A stretch of 64,000 bases of DNA from an uncultured Gemmatimonadaceae bacterium (GCA_963761305.1 CAVXGK010000002.1:2402781-2466780), one strand, 5' to 3'. Shown: positions 37,948 through 46,725, counted from the stretch's first letter. A program made the numbers and translations. Notes: generated by a model not told the origin, from the sequence alone.

Positions 37948-38583
37948 CTAGCCGTCGGTCCGCGATCGCTGCGAGACGTAGGGACTATCCCGCACGATCC
38001 AACGCAGCGGCCAGTCGGCGCAGCGCGAGATCCCGATGCGCGGCGTGATCGCCACATCCGCATCGCGCACCGGCGACCCTTCGCGAATCGTCAACGCCCC
38101 ACGCTGAAGCCCGGCGCGGTTGAAGCTCCCATCGATTCCGAGCGCGTCGCACAACTTCGCCGGACCGTTCGTGAGGTCCACGTCGCGACGCACGCCGCGC
38201 CGCGCGCGCATCAACTCGATTCCCACCACCGGCTCGAGCGCGCGCACGAGCACCGCGCTCGGCTCACCCTTGGCGCGCGTCACGGCGTTAAAGCACCAAT
38301 GCATCCCGTAGATGAAATACACGTACGCGATGCCCGGCCGCTCGTAGAGCGGCGCCGTGCGCTCGGTGAGGCCCGCGGCAGCGTGACAGGCGAGATCGTG
38401 CTCGCCGAGGTACGCCTCGGTCTCGACGATCCGACCCGCGGCGACGCCCTCGCGAGTGCGGCACACGAGTGTGGCGCCGAGCAGGTCGCGCGCGACTCGT
38501 TCGGTGGGGCGATCGTAGAACGACGTCGGGAGCGGCGGGCCGAGACGAAAACGCCGCGCTGTGGGCGCGGCGCTCGTGATCAT
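37948..38583 (-). CDS. DNA-3-methyladenine glycosylase (Mpg/AAG family)
   Basis: FYDRPTERVARDLLG, GRIVETEAYLG..D.ACHA, GIAYVYFIYGMHWCFN and NGPAKLCDALGI are Mpg-family strings. Confidence 0.88.
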   Translation of the reverse strand: MITSAAPTARRFRLGPPLPTSFYDRPTERVARDLLGATLVCRTREGVAAGRIVETEAYLGEHDLACHAAAGLTERTAPLYERPGIAYVYFIYGMHWCFNAVTRAKGEPSAVLVRALEPVVGIELMRARRGVRRDVDLTNGPAKLCDALGIDGSFNRAGLQRGALTIREGSPVRDADVAITPRIGISRCADWPLRWIVRDSPYVSQRSRTDG

Positions 38584-38585
38584 CT

Positions 38586-38641
38586 GAACCTCGTCATACG
38601 AACCTCGTCATGCGAACCTCGTCATGCGCCCGACGTCATTC
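38586..38641. repeat. 14-nt tandem repeat (GAACCTCGTCATGC) x3 plus degenerate fourth unit
   Basis: gaacctcgtcatac gaacctcgtcatgc gaacctcgtcatgc gcccgacgtcattc fills the spacer between the NYN-gene stop (38636) and the Mpg start (38583). Confidence 0.9.
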
Positions 38642-40438
38642 GTCGGGCGACGACGTTCCCTTTTTCGCGCGCGGACGCGGTTTGGCCGGGGCCTTCGACA
38701 CCACTCGCTTCGCGGCGGTCTTGGTGGCGGCGCGACTGCCACGCGTGCGCTTGCCGCGCGGCTCGGGCGGACGACCGTTCGTCTCGCTTTCGGCGAGAAC
38801 GGCGACCGCTGCCGGGGCCGGCTCGTCGACGACGCCGACGGCGAGCAATTCCGGCGGCGGCGCGCCGGGGCGCGGGCGTGCGCTGCCGCGACGTCCTGCG
38901 CCGGCGCCGCGTGGGCCCATGCCCAACCGAGGTCCGGGAAGAGAGGTCGTGGGTGGCTGCGTCTTCTTGATCGCGGCTTGTTCGTGCGTCGCGAGTTGAT
39001 CGGCGACCGAACCCGCCGGCACCGCTCGCGCGACCTCGAAGTCGTTGCCGTGGCGTCGAAGGTCGATGATGCCGTCGTCGTGCGCGTCTTTGAGAATGCG
39101 CACGAACATGCGATCGCTGAGGCTTTCCGAATCGCGCCCGAGGAGCTGGCGCGCGCGCGTGCGGACGGCGCTGGCACGCACCGACTCGTCGTCGCGAACG
39201 AGATCTTCTACGGTGCGCCGCAGCAGATCGAACGCTTCGGCGCGAGTGAGGCGATCACCGCCGGCTCCGGCAGACGCATCGGTCGCTGCCTTCGTCTCCC
39301 CCGCAAGCTCGAGCTGCAGGTCGGCGACCGCGGGGCGGCTCATCGGCGGCGTCACGGCGTGCCGATCGACAACCGGCGTCGAAACGGTCGGCGCGGGAAC
39401 TGGCGCCACCGGAACGGGCGTCTCGGCCGTCGTCGTCATCTCGCGGGCGGCACGCGGCTCACGACCCTCGCGCTCCGGACCGCGACCTCGACCGCCGCGA
39501 CGTCCTCGGCGGCGTCCGTTGGGGCGCTCTTCAGCCGTGGCTGGAGCCGACGCGGCGGGCTCGGCGGCGGACGCTTCGCCAGTCACCACACGAGGTGTGG
39601 CGGCGGGGGCGGGCGTCCCTTCGGGCACGTCGACTTCCAACTGCCCGTTGTCGAGCTTGGTGACCACGACGAGACCCTTCTGCGCGGCTTCCTGGCAGAA
39701 CCGTGAGAATTTTGAAATTCCCAGATTCTTCTCGTCGAACGTCGGGTCGATCTCCTGCATCACCTGCTTGAGGCGGTCGGAGCGCATGACGTCGTTCGCC
39801 CGCTTCATGCGCTGGAGCGCTTCGGTGACGAGCTCCCACGGATCGTACTTTCGCCCCGGCTCGTCTTCGCTCGCCTTCACCAACCCGGCGAGCGCGTTGT
39901 AGCTGTAGTACTCGTCGCAGTTCTGGACGAGCAGATCGCTCGACGATTCGCGGATGCCGACGCCGATGACGTACTTGCCGTACTCCTTGAGCTTGATCAC
40001 CAAGCTCGAGAAGTCGGAGTCGCCGGAGAGGAGAATGAAGGTGCCGATTTCCGGACGCGTGAACACGAGTTCGAGCGCGTCGATGGCGAGGCGGATGTCG
40101 GTGGCGTTCTTCTTCGACGACCCGTACGCCGGCGCGAAGATCAGGTCGATCGACGCTTCCGCCAGCGGCACGATGTACATCGGGTAGCGGCGCCAGTCTG
40201 CGTAGGCGCGCTGCACGGCGACCTTGCCCTTGATGATCTCCGACGAGAGGAGGCTGCGAAGCTCCTTTCCGAGGTCGGAGCGAATCCCCATCGTGACGTT
40301 GTCGAAGTCGATGAGGAGCGCGGCGTTGGGCGCGTGAATCGGCGGCAACACGCTCGAGATCGCGGACATCGCCTGCGGCCCGCGGTGAATGAGAGCGCTC
40401 GAGGCCCTGGTGGGCGAGCGCGGATGTCTAGAATTCAT
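38636..40438 (-). CDS. NYN (LabA/DUF88) domain protein with OST-HTH/LOTUS-like domains and long Arg/Pro-rich tail
   Basis: LLIDFDNV.., KNATDIRLAIDA and FILLSGDSDFSSLVIKLKEYGK form the NYN ribonuclease-like core. RSDRLKQVMQEIDPTFDEKNLGISKFSRFCQEA and MFVRILKDAHDDGIIDL are LOTUS-like. RGG-rich linker. Alternative start ATG 40369. Confidence 0.85.
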   Translation of the reverse strand: MNSRHPRSPTRASSALIHRGPQAMSAISSVLPPIHAPNAALLIDFDNVTMGIRSDLGKELRSLLSSEIIKGKVAVQRAYADWRRYPMYIVPLAEASIDLIFAPAYGSSKKNATDIRLAIDALELVFTRPEIGTFILLSGDSDFSSLVIKLKEYGKYVIGVGIRESSSDLLVQNCDEYYSYNALAGLVKASEDEPGRKYDPWELVTEALQRMKRANDVMRSDRLKQVMQEIDPTFDEKNLGISKFSRFCQEAAQKGLVVVTKLDNGQLEVDVPEGTPAPAATPRVVTGEASAAEPAASAPATAEERPNGRRRGRRGGRGRGPEREGREPRAAREMTTTAETPVPVAPVPAPTVSTPVVDRHAVTPPMSRPAVADLQLELAGETKAATDASAGAGGDRLTRAEAFDLLRRTVEDLVRDDESVRASAVRTRARQLLGRDSESLSDRMFVRILKDAHDDGIIDLRRHGNDFEVARAVPAGSVADQLATHEQAAIKKTQPPTTSLPGPRLGMGPRGAGAGRRGSARPRPGAPPPELLAVGVVDEPAPAAVAVLAESETNGRPPEPRGKRTRGSRAATKTAAKRVVSKAPAKPRPRAKKGTSSPDE

Positions 40439-40502
40439 GCATCGGCTTTGCTAGTCAAACCAGAAATGTAGGGCGCCACACCTCGTAAAGCCATGTCGCG
40501 GC

Positions 40503-40925
40503 TCAATCTCCCATCGCCTTGAGGATGACCCGCTTCGGGCGCTGGCCGTCCCATTCGCCGTAGAAGATCCTCTGCCAAGGCCCGAGATCGAGCCTTCCGG
40601 CCGTGACCGGCACGATCACCTCGTGCCCGATCGTGATCGAGCGGAGGTGCGCGGCCGCGTTGTCCTCGCCCGTGCCGCTGTTGTGGCGATAGCGCTCCGG
40701 TTCCCACGGCGCGACGGATTCCTCGAGCCAATCGAGAATGTCCTGCCAGAGCCCGGGTTCGTGGTCGTTCACGAACACCGACGCCGAGATGTGCATCGCC
40801 GAGGCGAGCACCATGCCCTCGGTGATCTTCGCCGCTGCGCGGCAGCGCTCCACCGCATCGGTGATGTCGATGATCTCCTGACGGCGTTTCGTCTCGAACG
40901 TGAGATAGTCGGTGTGGCTCTTCAT
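40503..40925 (-). CDS. YjbQ/UPF0047 family protein (secondary thiamine-phosphate synthase-like)
   Basis: ATG 40925. ITDAV.., GMVLASAMHISASVFVNDHEPGL, NAAAHLRS and GRLDLGPWQRIFYGEWDG. Confidence 0.85.
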   Translation of the reverse strand: MKSHTDYLTFETKRRQEIIDITDAVERCRAAAKITEGMVLASAMHISASVFVNDHEPGLWQDILDWLEESVAPWEPERYRHNSGTGEDNAAAHLRSITIGHEVIVPVTAGRLDLGPWQRIFYGEWDGQRPKRVILKAMGD

Positions 40926-41013
40926 CTGGGTGTCGTCAGGGTGGTTGGTCACCTGCACCACCTGTATGTTAGACCCCGAAACCGTCGTCATGCGCACCCC
41001 GTAGGAGCCCCTT

Positions 41014-42249
41014 GTGAAGCGCGTCGGATTTCGCGGCCGCCTCTTCGCCATTCTGCTGGCTTTTGCCCTCGTTCCGTCGATCCTCATTGCCGTCGCGTGG
41101 AACGCCACCGGGTCGTTCGTGCTTCCGCTCGTTTCGGGGACTGCGGCGTGGGACAGCGTGGCGGCCACGGGCGAGCGAGCGGTGACGGCGTTGCGCGGAG
41201 CGAACCTGTCGGACGCGCAGAAACGCGCGCTCGACGCGCACGAGCGCGTGCTCCGAAACAGCGTTGTGCACTCGCGACAGGCGGATTTCGTCTTTCGGCA
41301 GGGGGCCAAGATGATCGCCTTCACGACGCTCATCGGCGTGCTGGTGATCGCCGTCGTCGCGTCGCGCGTGGCGGGGCATCTGAGCCGCAATCTGAGCCGG
41401 CCGTTGCGAGAGCTTGTCGGATGGACAGAGCGCATCGGGCATGGAGAGCCGTTGCCGACGACGCCGCCGCGCCGCGGCGCACCCGAGTTCGAGGTGCTGC
41501 GCCGCAGCATGCGCGAGATGGCCGGCGAGTTGGAAATCGGGCGGGCGCAAGCGGTCGAAGCCGAACGATCAGCCGTGCTGCGCGAGAGCGCGCGACAAGT
41601 CGCACACGAGCTCAAGAATCCGCTCACGCCGATTCGCTTCGCCGTCGAGCGGCTGCAGCGCGAGGCGCCGCCGCAGCTCGCCGAGACGGTGGAAGTGCTG
41701 GCGACAGAATCACAGCGGCTCGAGGCGTTGGCGCGAAGCTTCGCCCAGTTCGGACGCTTGCCCGAAGGTCCGCGCGCCGAGGTGGACGTGGGTGAGCTGG
41801 CGCGCTACACGGCGCGGGCGACGATTCCGCCGACCGTCGACGTGCGCGTGGACGTCGCCGCCGACGTGCCGATGATCCAGGCGCACCACGACGCGCTCGC
41901 GCGCGCGCTGTCGAACGTCATGCTGAACGCGGTCGACGCGTGCAAGGACGGCGGCGCCGTCGGTGTTCGCGTGCGTCGCACGGCGCACGCCGGGCGCGAC
42001 GCGGTCGAGATCGCCGTGGCGGACACGGGCTGCGGCATCGCCCCCGACCGGCTCTCGCGCATCTGGGATCCGTACGTCACGTCGAAGCCCGGCGGCACGG
42101 GACTCGGCCTCGCCATTGCGCGACAGGCGGTGCTCGCGCATCAGGGCGCCGTGAGCGCCGACAGCCGCGTGGGCAGCGGCACGGAGATTCGATTCGTGCT
42201 GCCCGTCGACGGCCACCAGAATGGAGTGGAGGCGGGCGATGCATCCTAA
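41014..42249 (+). CDS. Sensor histidine kinase (NtrY-like: 2 TM, HAMP, HisKA, HATPase)
   Basis: GTG 41014. H-box VAHELKNPLTPI, N-box LSNVMLNAVDA, G-boxes DTGCGI and GGTGLGLAIA. Confidence 0.9.
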   Translation: MKRVGFRGRLFAILLAFALVPSILIAVAWNATGSFVLPLVSGTAAWDSVAATGERAVTALRGANLSDAQKRALDAHERVLRNSVVHSRQADFVFRQGAKMIAFTTLIGVLVIAVVASRVAGHLSRNLSRPLRELVGWTERIGHGEPLPTTPPRRGAPEFEVLRRSMREMAGELEIGRAQAVEAERSAVLRESARQVAHELKNPLTPIRFAVERLQREAPPQLAETVEVLATESQRLEALARSFAQFGRLPEGPRAEVDVGELARYTARATIPPTVDVRVDVAADVPMIQAHHDALARALSNVMLNAVDACKDGGAVGVRVRRTAHAGRDAVEIAVADTGCGIAPDRLSRIWDPYVTSKPGGTGLGLAIARQAVLAHQGAVSADSRVGSGTEIRFVLPVDGHQNGVEAGDAS

Positions 42250-42538
42250 TGGAGTGTGGGTACCGATCGTGTTGTTCATGTCGGTTGCGGCGACGGCGAT
42301 CCTCGTTCCGATCGCGCGGGCGTTCGCGCGTCGTATGGACCGCGACCCGATGTCTCCGGCGATTTCTCCGGAGCTCGCAGCGCAGATCGAACGCATGGAA
42401 CACGCGATCGATTCCATCGCCATCGAGGTCGAGCGCATCTCCGAAGGACAGCGCTTCACCACGAAGCTGCTGGCGGAGCGGAACAACGGCGCCGCCAGCG
42501 GCGCGGCGTCGACCCAGGCGAGCGGAAAGTCCACATGA
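42221..42538 (+). CDS. Small single-pass membrane protein, paralogue 1 (unknown function)
   Basis: ATG 42239 (MHPNGVWVPIVLFMSVAATAILVPIARAF..) overlaps the kinase stop 42247-42249; ATG 42221 is the alternative. One TM segment then helical AQIERMEHAIDSIAIEVERISEGQRFTTKLLAE. The stop overlaps the next start (ATGA). Confidence 0.7.
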   Translation: MEWRRAMHPNGVWVPIVLFMSVAATAILVPIARAFARRMDRDPMSPAISPELAAQIERMEHAIDSIAIEVERISEGQRFTTKLLAERNNGAASGAASTQASGKST

Positions 42539-42870
42539 TGATTCTCGCGACGATCGTGCAGGGTCCCGACGTCATTCCGCCCGGCGCGATCGAGATCAGC
42601 GAAGCGTTCTTCGCCACGGTCGCGATCATCGCGCTGGGGATTCCGATCATCCGCGCCATCACCCGGCGGTTGGAGCGCGGCCCGTCGGCGGCGGAGCTGG
42701 CGCAGCAGGCGTCGCCCGAAGTGCTGACGCGCCTGGAGCGGATCGAGCAGGGCGTGGAAGCGATCGCCGTCGAGGTGGAGCGCATCGCCGAGGCGCAGCG
42801 CTTCTCGGCCAAGATCATGGCCGAGCAGCAGAAGCGCGCGCTGCCGCACGCCGACTCGACCACACAATAA
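42535..42870 (+). CDS. Small single-pass membrane protein, paralogue 2 (unknown function)
   Basis: ATG 42535. TM segment FFATVAIIALGIPIIRAI, then LTRLERIEQGVEAIAVEVERIAEAQRFSAKIMAE, the same motif as the preceding ORF. Confidence 0.7.
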   Translation: MMILATIVQGPDVIPPGAIEISEAFFATVAIIALGIPIIRAITRRLERGPSAAELAQQASPEVLTRLERIEQGVEAIAVEVERIAEAQRFSAKIMAEQQKRALPHADSTTQ

Positions 42871-42880
42871 GAGAAGTCGA

Positions 42881-44272
42881 ATGCCCAGCGTGCTGATCAT
42901 CGACGACGAGTCGAACATCCGCCGGATGGTCGGCGCGCTGTTGGCCGCGGAGGGCTACGAAGTCCGCGACGCGCACGACGGCGCCGGCGGGTTGTCGCGC
43001 GCACTCGAGGCCGAACCCGACGCGCTGCTGCTCGACCTGATGATCCCTGGCGAGCTGGACGGCATGGCGACGCTGGCGCGAGTGCGGGAGTCGCTGCCGG
43101 ACGTCCCGGTCATCATGATGAGCGGACGGGCAGGACTCAGCGACGCGGTGAAAGCGACCAAGCTCGGCGCGTTCAACTTTCTTGAAAAGCCGCTCAGCCC
43201 CGAGAGCGTGCTGCTCGCGCTGTCCTCGGCCATGGAGCTGCGACAGGCGAAGCGCGAGGCGCGGACGCTGCGCGCCGATCTCGGGCTCAGCGGCGAGATG
43301 ATCGGCGAGAGCCCGGGCATGAAGCAGGTGCGCGCGCTCATCGATCGCGTGGCGCCGAGCGATTCGCGCGTGATGATCACCGGCGAGTCGGGCACGGGCA
43401 AAGAGCTCGTCGCGGCGGCGATTCACTCGGGCAGCGGACGGCGCGACAAGCCGTTCGTGCGCGTGAACTGCGCCGCGATCCCGCGCGATCTCGTGGAGAG
43501 CGAGATGTTCGGGCACGAGCGCGGCGCGTTCACGGGCGCGACCGACAGGCGCATCGGACGGTTCGAGCTGGCGCACCGCGGCACGCTGTTTCTCGACGAA
43601 GTCGGCGACCTCGGCGCCGAAGCGCAGGCCAAGCTGCTGCGGGCGATCGAAGCGAAGGAGATCGAGCGCGTCGGCGGCGGCAAGCCGATTCGCGCCGACG
43701 TGCGCATCGTGTCGGCGACGAACAAGGATCTCGCGCGCGGCGTGCTCGACGGCGCGTTTCGCGAAGATCTCCTCTTTCGGCTCAACGTGATTCCGATTCC
43801 GCTGCCGCCGCTGCGCGACCGGCCGGGCGACATTCCGCCGCTCGTGCGGCATTTCGCCGCGCTGCACCGGCTGCGCACCGGACAATCGGTGACGGAGTGG
43901 AGCGACGAAGCCGTCTCCGCGCTCTCGCGTCACCGTTGGCCGGGCAACGTGCGCGAGCTGGCGAACATCATCGAGCGTCTGGCGATCTTGCACGCCGGCC
44001 GTCGCGTAACGGAGAGCGACATCGCAGCCGTGCTGCCGCTCGAGCGCGCGCCGCGAACGCCGACGCCGCCGACGTCGCTTCCCCTCCCCGATCCCAACGA
44101 GCTGGAATCGTCGCTCACCGACACACTCGACGACTACGAGCGAACGTTGATCTCGCGCGCACTGTCGATGGCGAACGGCAACGTGGCCGAGGCGGCCCGA
44201 CGGCTGCGTACCGACCGGCCCAACTTGTACCGGAGGATGCGGCGGTTGGGCATCGCCGTCGGCGCCGAGTAG
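42881..44272 (+). CDS. Sigma54-dependent response regulator (NtrC/NtrX family: REC, AAA+, Fis-HTH)
   Basis: REC (LLLDLMIPG), Walker A GESGTGKE, sigma54-contact loop GAFTGA, ESEMFGHE and C-terminal HTH NVAEAARRLRTDRPNLYRRMRRLGI. Confidence 0.92.
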   Translation: MPSVLIIDDESNIRRMVGALLAAEGYEVRDAHDGAGGLSRALEAEPDALLLDLMIPGELDGMATLARVRESLPDVPVIMMSGRAGLSDAVKATKLGAFNFLEKPLSPESVLLALSSAMELRQAKREARTLRADLGLSGEMIGESPGMKQVRALIDRVAPSDSRVMITGESGTGKELVAAAIHSGSGRRDKPFVRVNCAAIPRDLVESEMFGHERGAFTGATDRRIGRFELAHRGTLFLDEVGDLGAEAQAKLLRAIEAKEIERVGGGKPIRADVRIVSATNKDLARGVLDGAFREDLLFRLNVIPIPLPPLRDRPGDIPPLVRHFAALHRLRTGQSVTEWSDEAVSALSRHRWPGNVRELANIIERLAILHAGRRVTESDIAAVLPLERAPRTPTPPTSLPLPDPNELESSLTDTLDDYERTLISRALSMANGNVAEAARRLRTDRPNLYRRMRRLGIAVGAE

Positions 44273-44320
44273 CGCGGGCGGAGACGTCGTGCATTCCCGC
44301 GGTCTTTGACTGGAGCTTTC

Positions 44321-46042
44321 ATGTGTAGGCGAACCCTGACACTCATCGGCGCGGCGTGCGTCGCCGCGACGTCGCGCGCCGCTCCCGCCGTGGCGCAGGA
44401 GACCGCGCCGGCGACGCGGTCGTCGTTGCCGCGCGACGTGCGGCACGAAGCCATCGACCGGTGGAACGGCCAGAACGCGCTCCGCGCGACGGAGCAGACG
44501 GAGATCGCGGCCGGCCAGGAAGTGAGCGGCAACGTCGCGGTGCAGCACGGCCCGCTGCTCATCGCGGGACACGTCACCGGCAACGTGCTCGCGCTGAACT
44601 CGAGCGTCGTGCTGCGATCGACCGCTCACGTCGACGGCATGCTGCTGGTGATCGGCGGACACGCCGAGAACGCCGATTCGGCGCGGGTGGACGGCGGCAC
44701 CCGCACGTACGCCGATTCGCTCGTGTACCGGCAGGACGGCGACCGCATCGTGGCGATCACGACCGGCGAGCCCGACGAGGATTCGTGGTGGCACCGGCTC
44801 GAGCGCGAGCACGACGAAAACTGGGCGAAGGCCGTGCGCATCGTGCAGGCGGGCGCGTACAACCGCGTCGAGGGATGGCCGTTCAGCATCGGACCGGTCA
44901 TGCACCGGCTCACGCCATGGGGAAGCGTCGACGCCGGCGCCTCGGCGATCGTGCGGACCGGAAGCTTCGAGTCGCAGAACGGCGACGTCGGCCACGACCT
45001 GCGCGGCGAAGTGCGGTTCGGGCGCGAGCGCGGCATCGGGATCGGCGGCCGCGTGTTCAGCGTCGTCGATCCGGTGGAAGACTGGCAGCTGAGCAGCGTG
45101 GAGACGGCGCTGGCGGCGTTTCTCGTGCGACGCGACTACCGCGACTACTTCCAACGCCACGGCGCGACGGCGATCGCCACGCTGTACGGCACCGGGAACG
45201 TCAAGCTCACCGGCACCTTCGGCCAGGAGCACTGGGATTCGAGAACGCTCAAGAACCCCTTCACGCTGTTCAACGACGCGGAGGACTGGCGTCCGAACCC
45301 GGAGATGGACGCGGGCGTGTTTCACGTGGGGACGCTGTCGCTGACGCTCGACACGCGTACCGATCAGGACGATCCGTGGTCCGGGTGGCTGGCGCTGGCG
45401 AACGTCGAGCACGGCGCCGGAACGCCGACGGCCGTCGGGCCGACGTCAGTCCGGCGCGAAACGACGGCCGGTGACCACGTCGAGTACACGCGCGGCTTTC
45501 TCGACCTGCGGCGCTACAATCGGCTCGGGCCGAACGACCAGCTGAACTTGCGCGTCGTGCTCGGCGGTTGGATGGGCGGCGACGAGCTTCCGCTCGAGCG
45601 GCGGCTGTCGGTCGACGGTCCGGGGGCGATCGCGGGCTACGATTTTCGTTCGGTGCTCACGCCGAACGTGGCCACGTGCACGTACACGGGATCGTTCGTC
45701 GCCGGACAGCCGGCGGCGTGCGAACGCATCGCGCTGGCGCAGGTGGAGTACCGCGGCGATCTCAGATTCGATTTCACCGGACGCTGGCCGGACTGGCCGC
45801 AGAACTATCACAGCGAACACGGCGACGTCGCGTATGTCGTGTTCGCCGACGCGGGACGCGGTTGGCTCGTCGGTTCGTCGCCGAACGAGTACAACGCGTC
45901 GACCATTCCGCCGCTGTCGACGTTCCGGACGGACATCGGTTTCGGTTTGGACGTCGGCGGCATCGGCGTGTACGCGGCGAAGTCGCTGTCGACGCCGGCG
46001 CAGAATCTGAATTTCTTTTTCCGGCTGAGGCATCGGTTTTGA
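44321..46042 (+). CDS. Outer-membrane protein: bactofilin-like beta-helix region fused to Omp85/surface-antigen-type barrel
   Basis: GGAG SD and signal peptide MCRRTLTLIGAACVAATSRAAPAVAQ. GQEVSGNVAVQHGPLLIAGHVTGNVLALNSSVVLRSTAHVDGMLLVIGGHA is a polymer-forming-cytoskeletal-type repeat. C-terminus LSVDGPGAIAGYDF.., VVFADAGRGW, FRTDIGFGLDVGG and terminal FFFRLRHRF are typical of the D15/Omp85 barrel. Confidence 0.75.
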   Translation: MCRRTLTLIGAACVAATSRAAPAVAQETAPATRSSLPRDVRHEAIDRWNGQNALRATEQTEIAAGQEVSGNVAVQHGPLLIAGHVTGNVLALNSSVVLRSTAHVDGMLLVIGGHAENADSARVDGGTRTYADSLVYRQDGDRIVAITTGEPDEDSWWHRLEREHDENWAKAVRIVQAGAYNRVEGWPFSIGPVMHRLTPWGSVDAGASAIVRTGSFESQNGDVGHDLRGEVRFGRERGIGIGGRVFSVVDPVEDWQLSSVETALAAFLVRRDYRDYFQRHGATAIATLYGTGNVKLTGTFGQEHWDSRTLKNPFTLFNDAEDWRPNPEMDAGVFHVGTLSLTLDTRTDQDDPWSGWLALANVEHGAGTPTAVGPTSVRRETTAGDHVEYTRGFLDLRRYNRLGPNDQLNLRVVLGGWMGGDELPLERRLSVDGPGAIAGYDFRSVLTPNVATCTYTGSFVAGQPAACERIALAQVEYRGDLRFDFTGRWPDWPQNYHSEHGDVAYVVFADAGRGWLVGSSPNEYNASTIPPLSTFRTDIGFGLDVGGIGVYAAKSLSTPAQNLNFFFRLRHRF

Positions 46043-46062
46043 GCCGTCGGCCGCGCCGCACC

Positions 46063-46725
46063 ATGGCGAGGTTGCTGCTTGCCATGCTCACGCTCGTCGT
46101 GGGCGGGCTGGCCGCACCAGTCGTCGCGCTTTCCGCTCAGGAGGGCGGCGTGCGACTCGGCGTGGCCGTCACGCCGGCGACGGCGACCAAGGAAGGTCCG
46201 TCGATCACCAGCGCCAACCTGCTCGGCGACTCCAAGACGCGCGAGCTGCTGCGCAACGGATTTCCGGCGCGCGTTCATTACAGGCTCGAGCTCTGGGAAA
46301 AGGGCGGCTTCGGCGGCGACGACCGGACCGGCTTCACCGAGTGGGACGTGCTGGTGACGTTCGACCCGACGAGCCAACTGTTCACCGTCCAACGGCACAC
46401 GATGACCACGGCCGGGGGCGTGAACGAGAACTTCGGCAGCTTCTCGTCGCTCGCCGCTGCCGAGACGCAGTTCGGGCGGCCCTATCGCGCGGCGCTGCAT
46501 CCCGAGCGATCAGGACACTTCTATTACAATCTCAGCGTGGACGTGCAGACGCTCACCGTGAGCGACCTCGACGCGCTCGAACAATGGCTGCGCGGTTCCT
46601 CGGCGCCGCAGCACACAAACGTCTTCCACGGTATCTGGAGCGGCCTCGGCACGCTCGTGTCGCGCATCCTGGGCGGCGACAAGCGCAAGTACGAGCAGCG
46701 CTCCGACGTGTTCGACGCGTTGTGA
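46063..46725 (+). CDS. Secreted DUF4390-like protein (tentative)
   Basis: ATG 46063 and signal peptide MARLLLAMLTLVVGGLAAPVVALSAQ. The size, the NtrY/NtrX-type neighbourhood and the string HFYYNLSVDVQTLTVSDLDALEQWL recall DUF4390. The family call is from memory, not a search. Confidence 0.6.
   Translation: MARLLLAMLTLVVGGLAAPVVALSAQEGGVRLGVAVTPATATKEGPSITSANLLGDSKTRELLRNGFPARVHYRLELWEKGGFGGDDRTGFTEWDVLVTFDPTSQLFTVQRHTMTTAGGVNENFGSFSSLAAAETQFGRPYRAALHPERSGHFYYNLSVDVQTLTVSDLDALEQWLRGSSAPQHTNVFHGIWSGLGTLVSRILGGDKRKYEQRSDVFDAL

Noticed and set aside
42815-45412. 865-aa minus-strand ORF
   Set aside because: Shadow ORF opposite the sigma54 regulator and the Omp85-like gene. No motifs, extreme Arg content.
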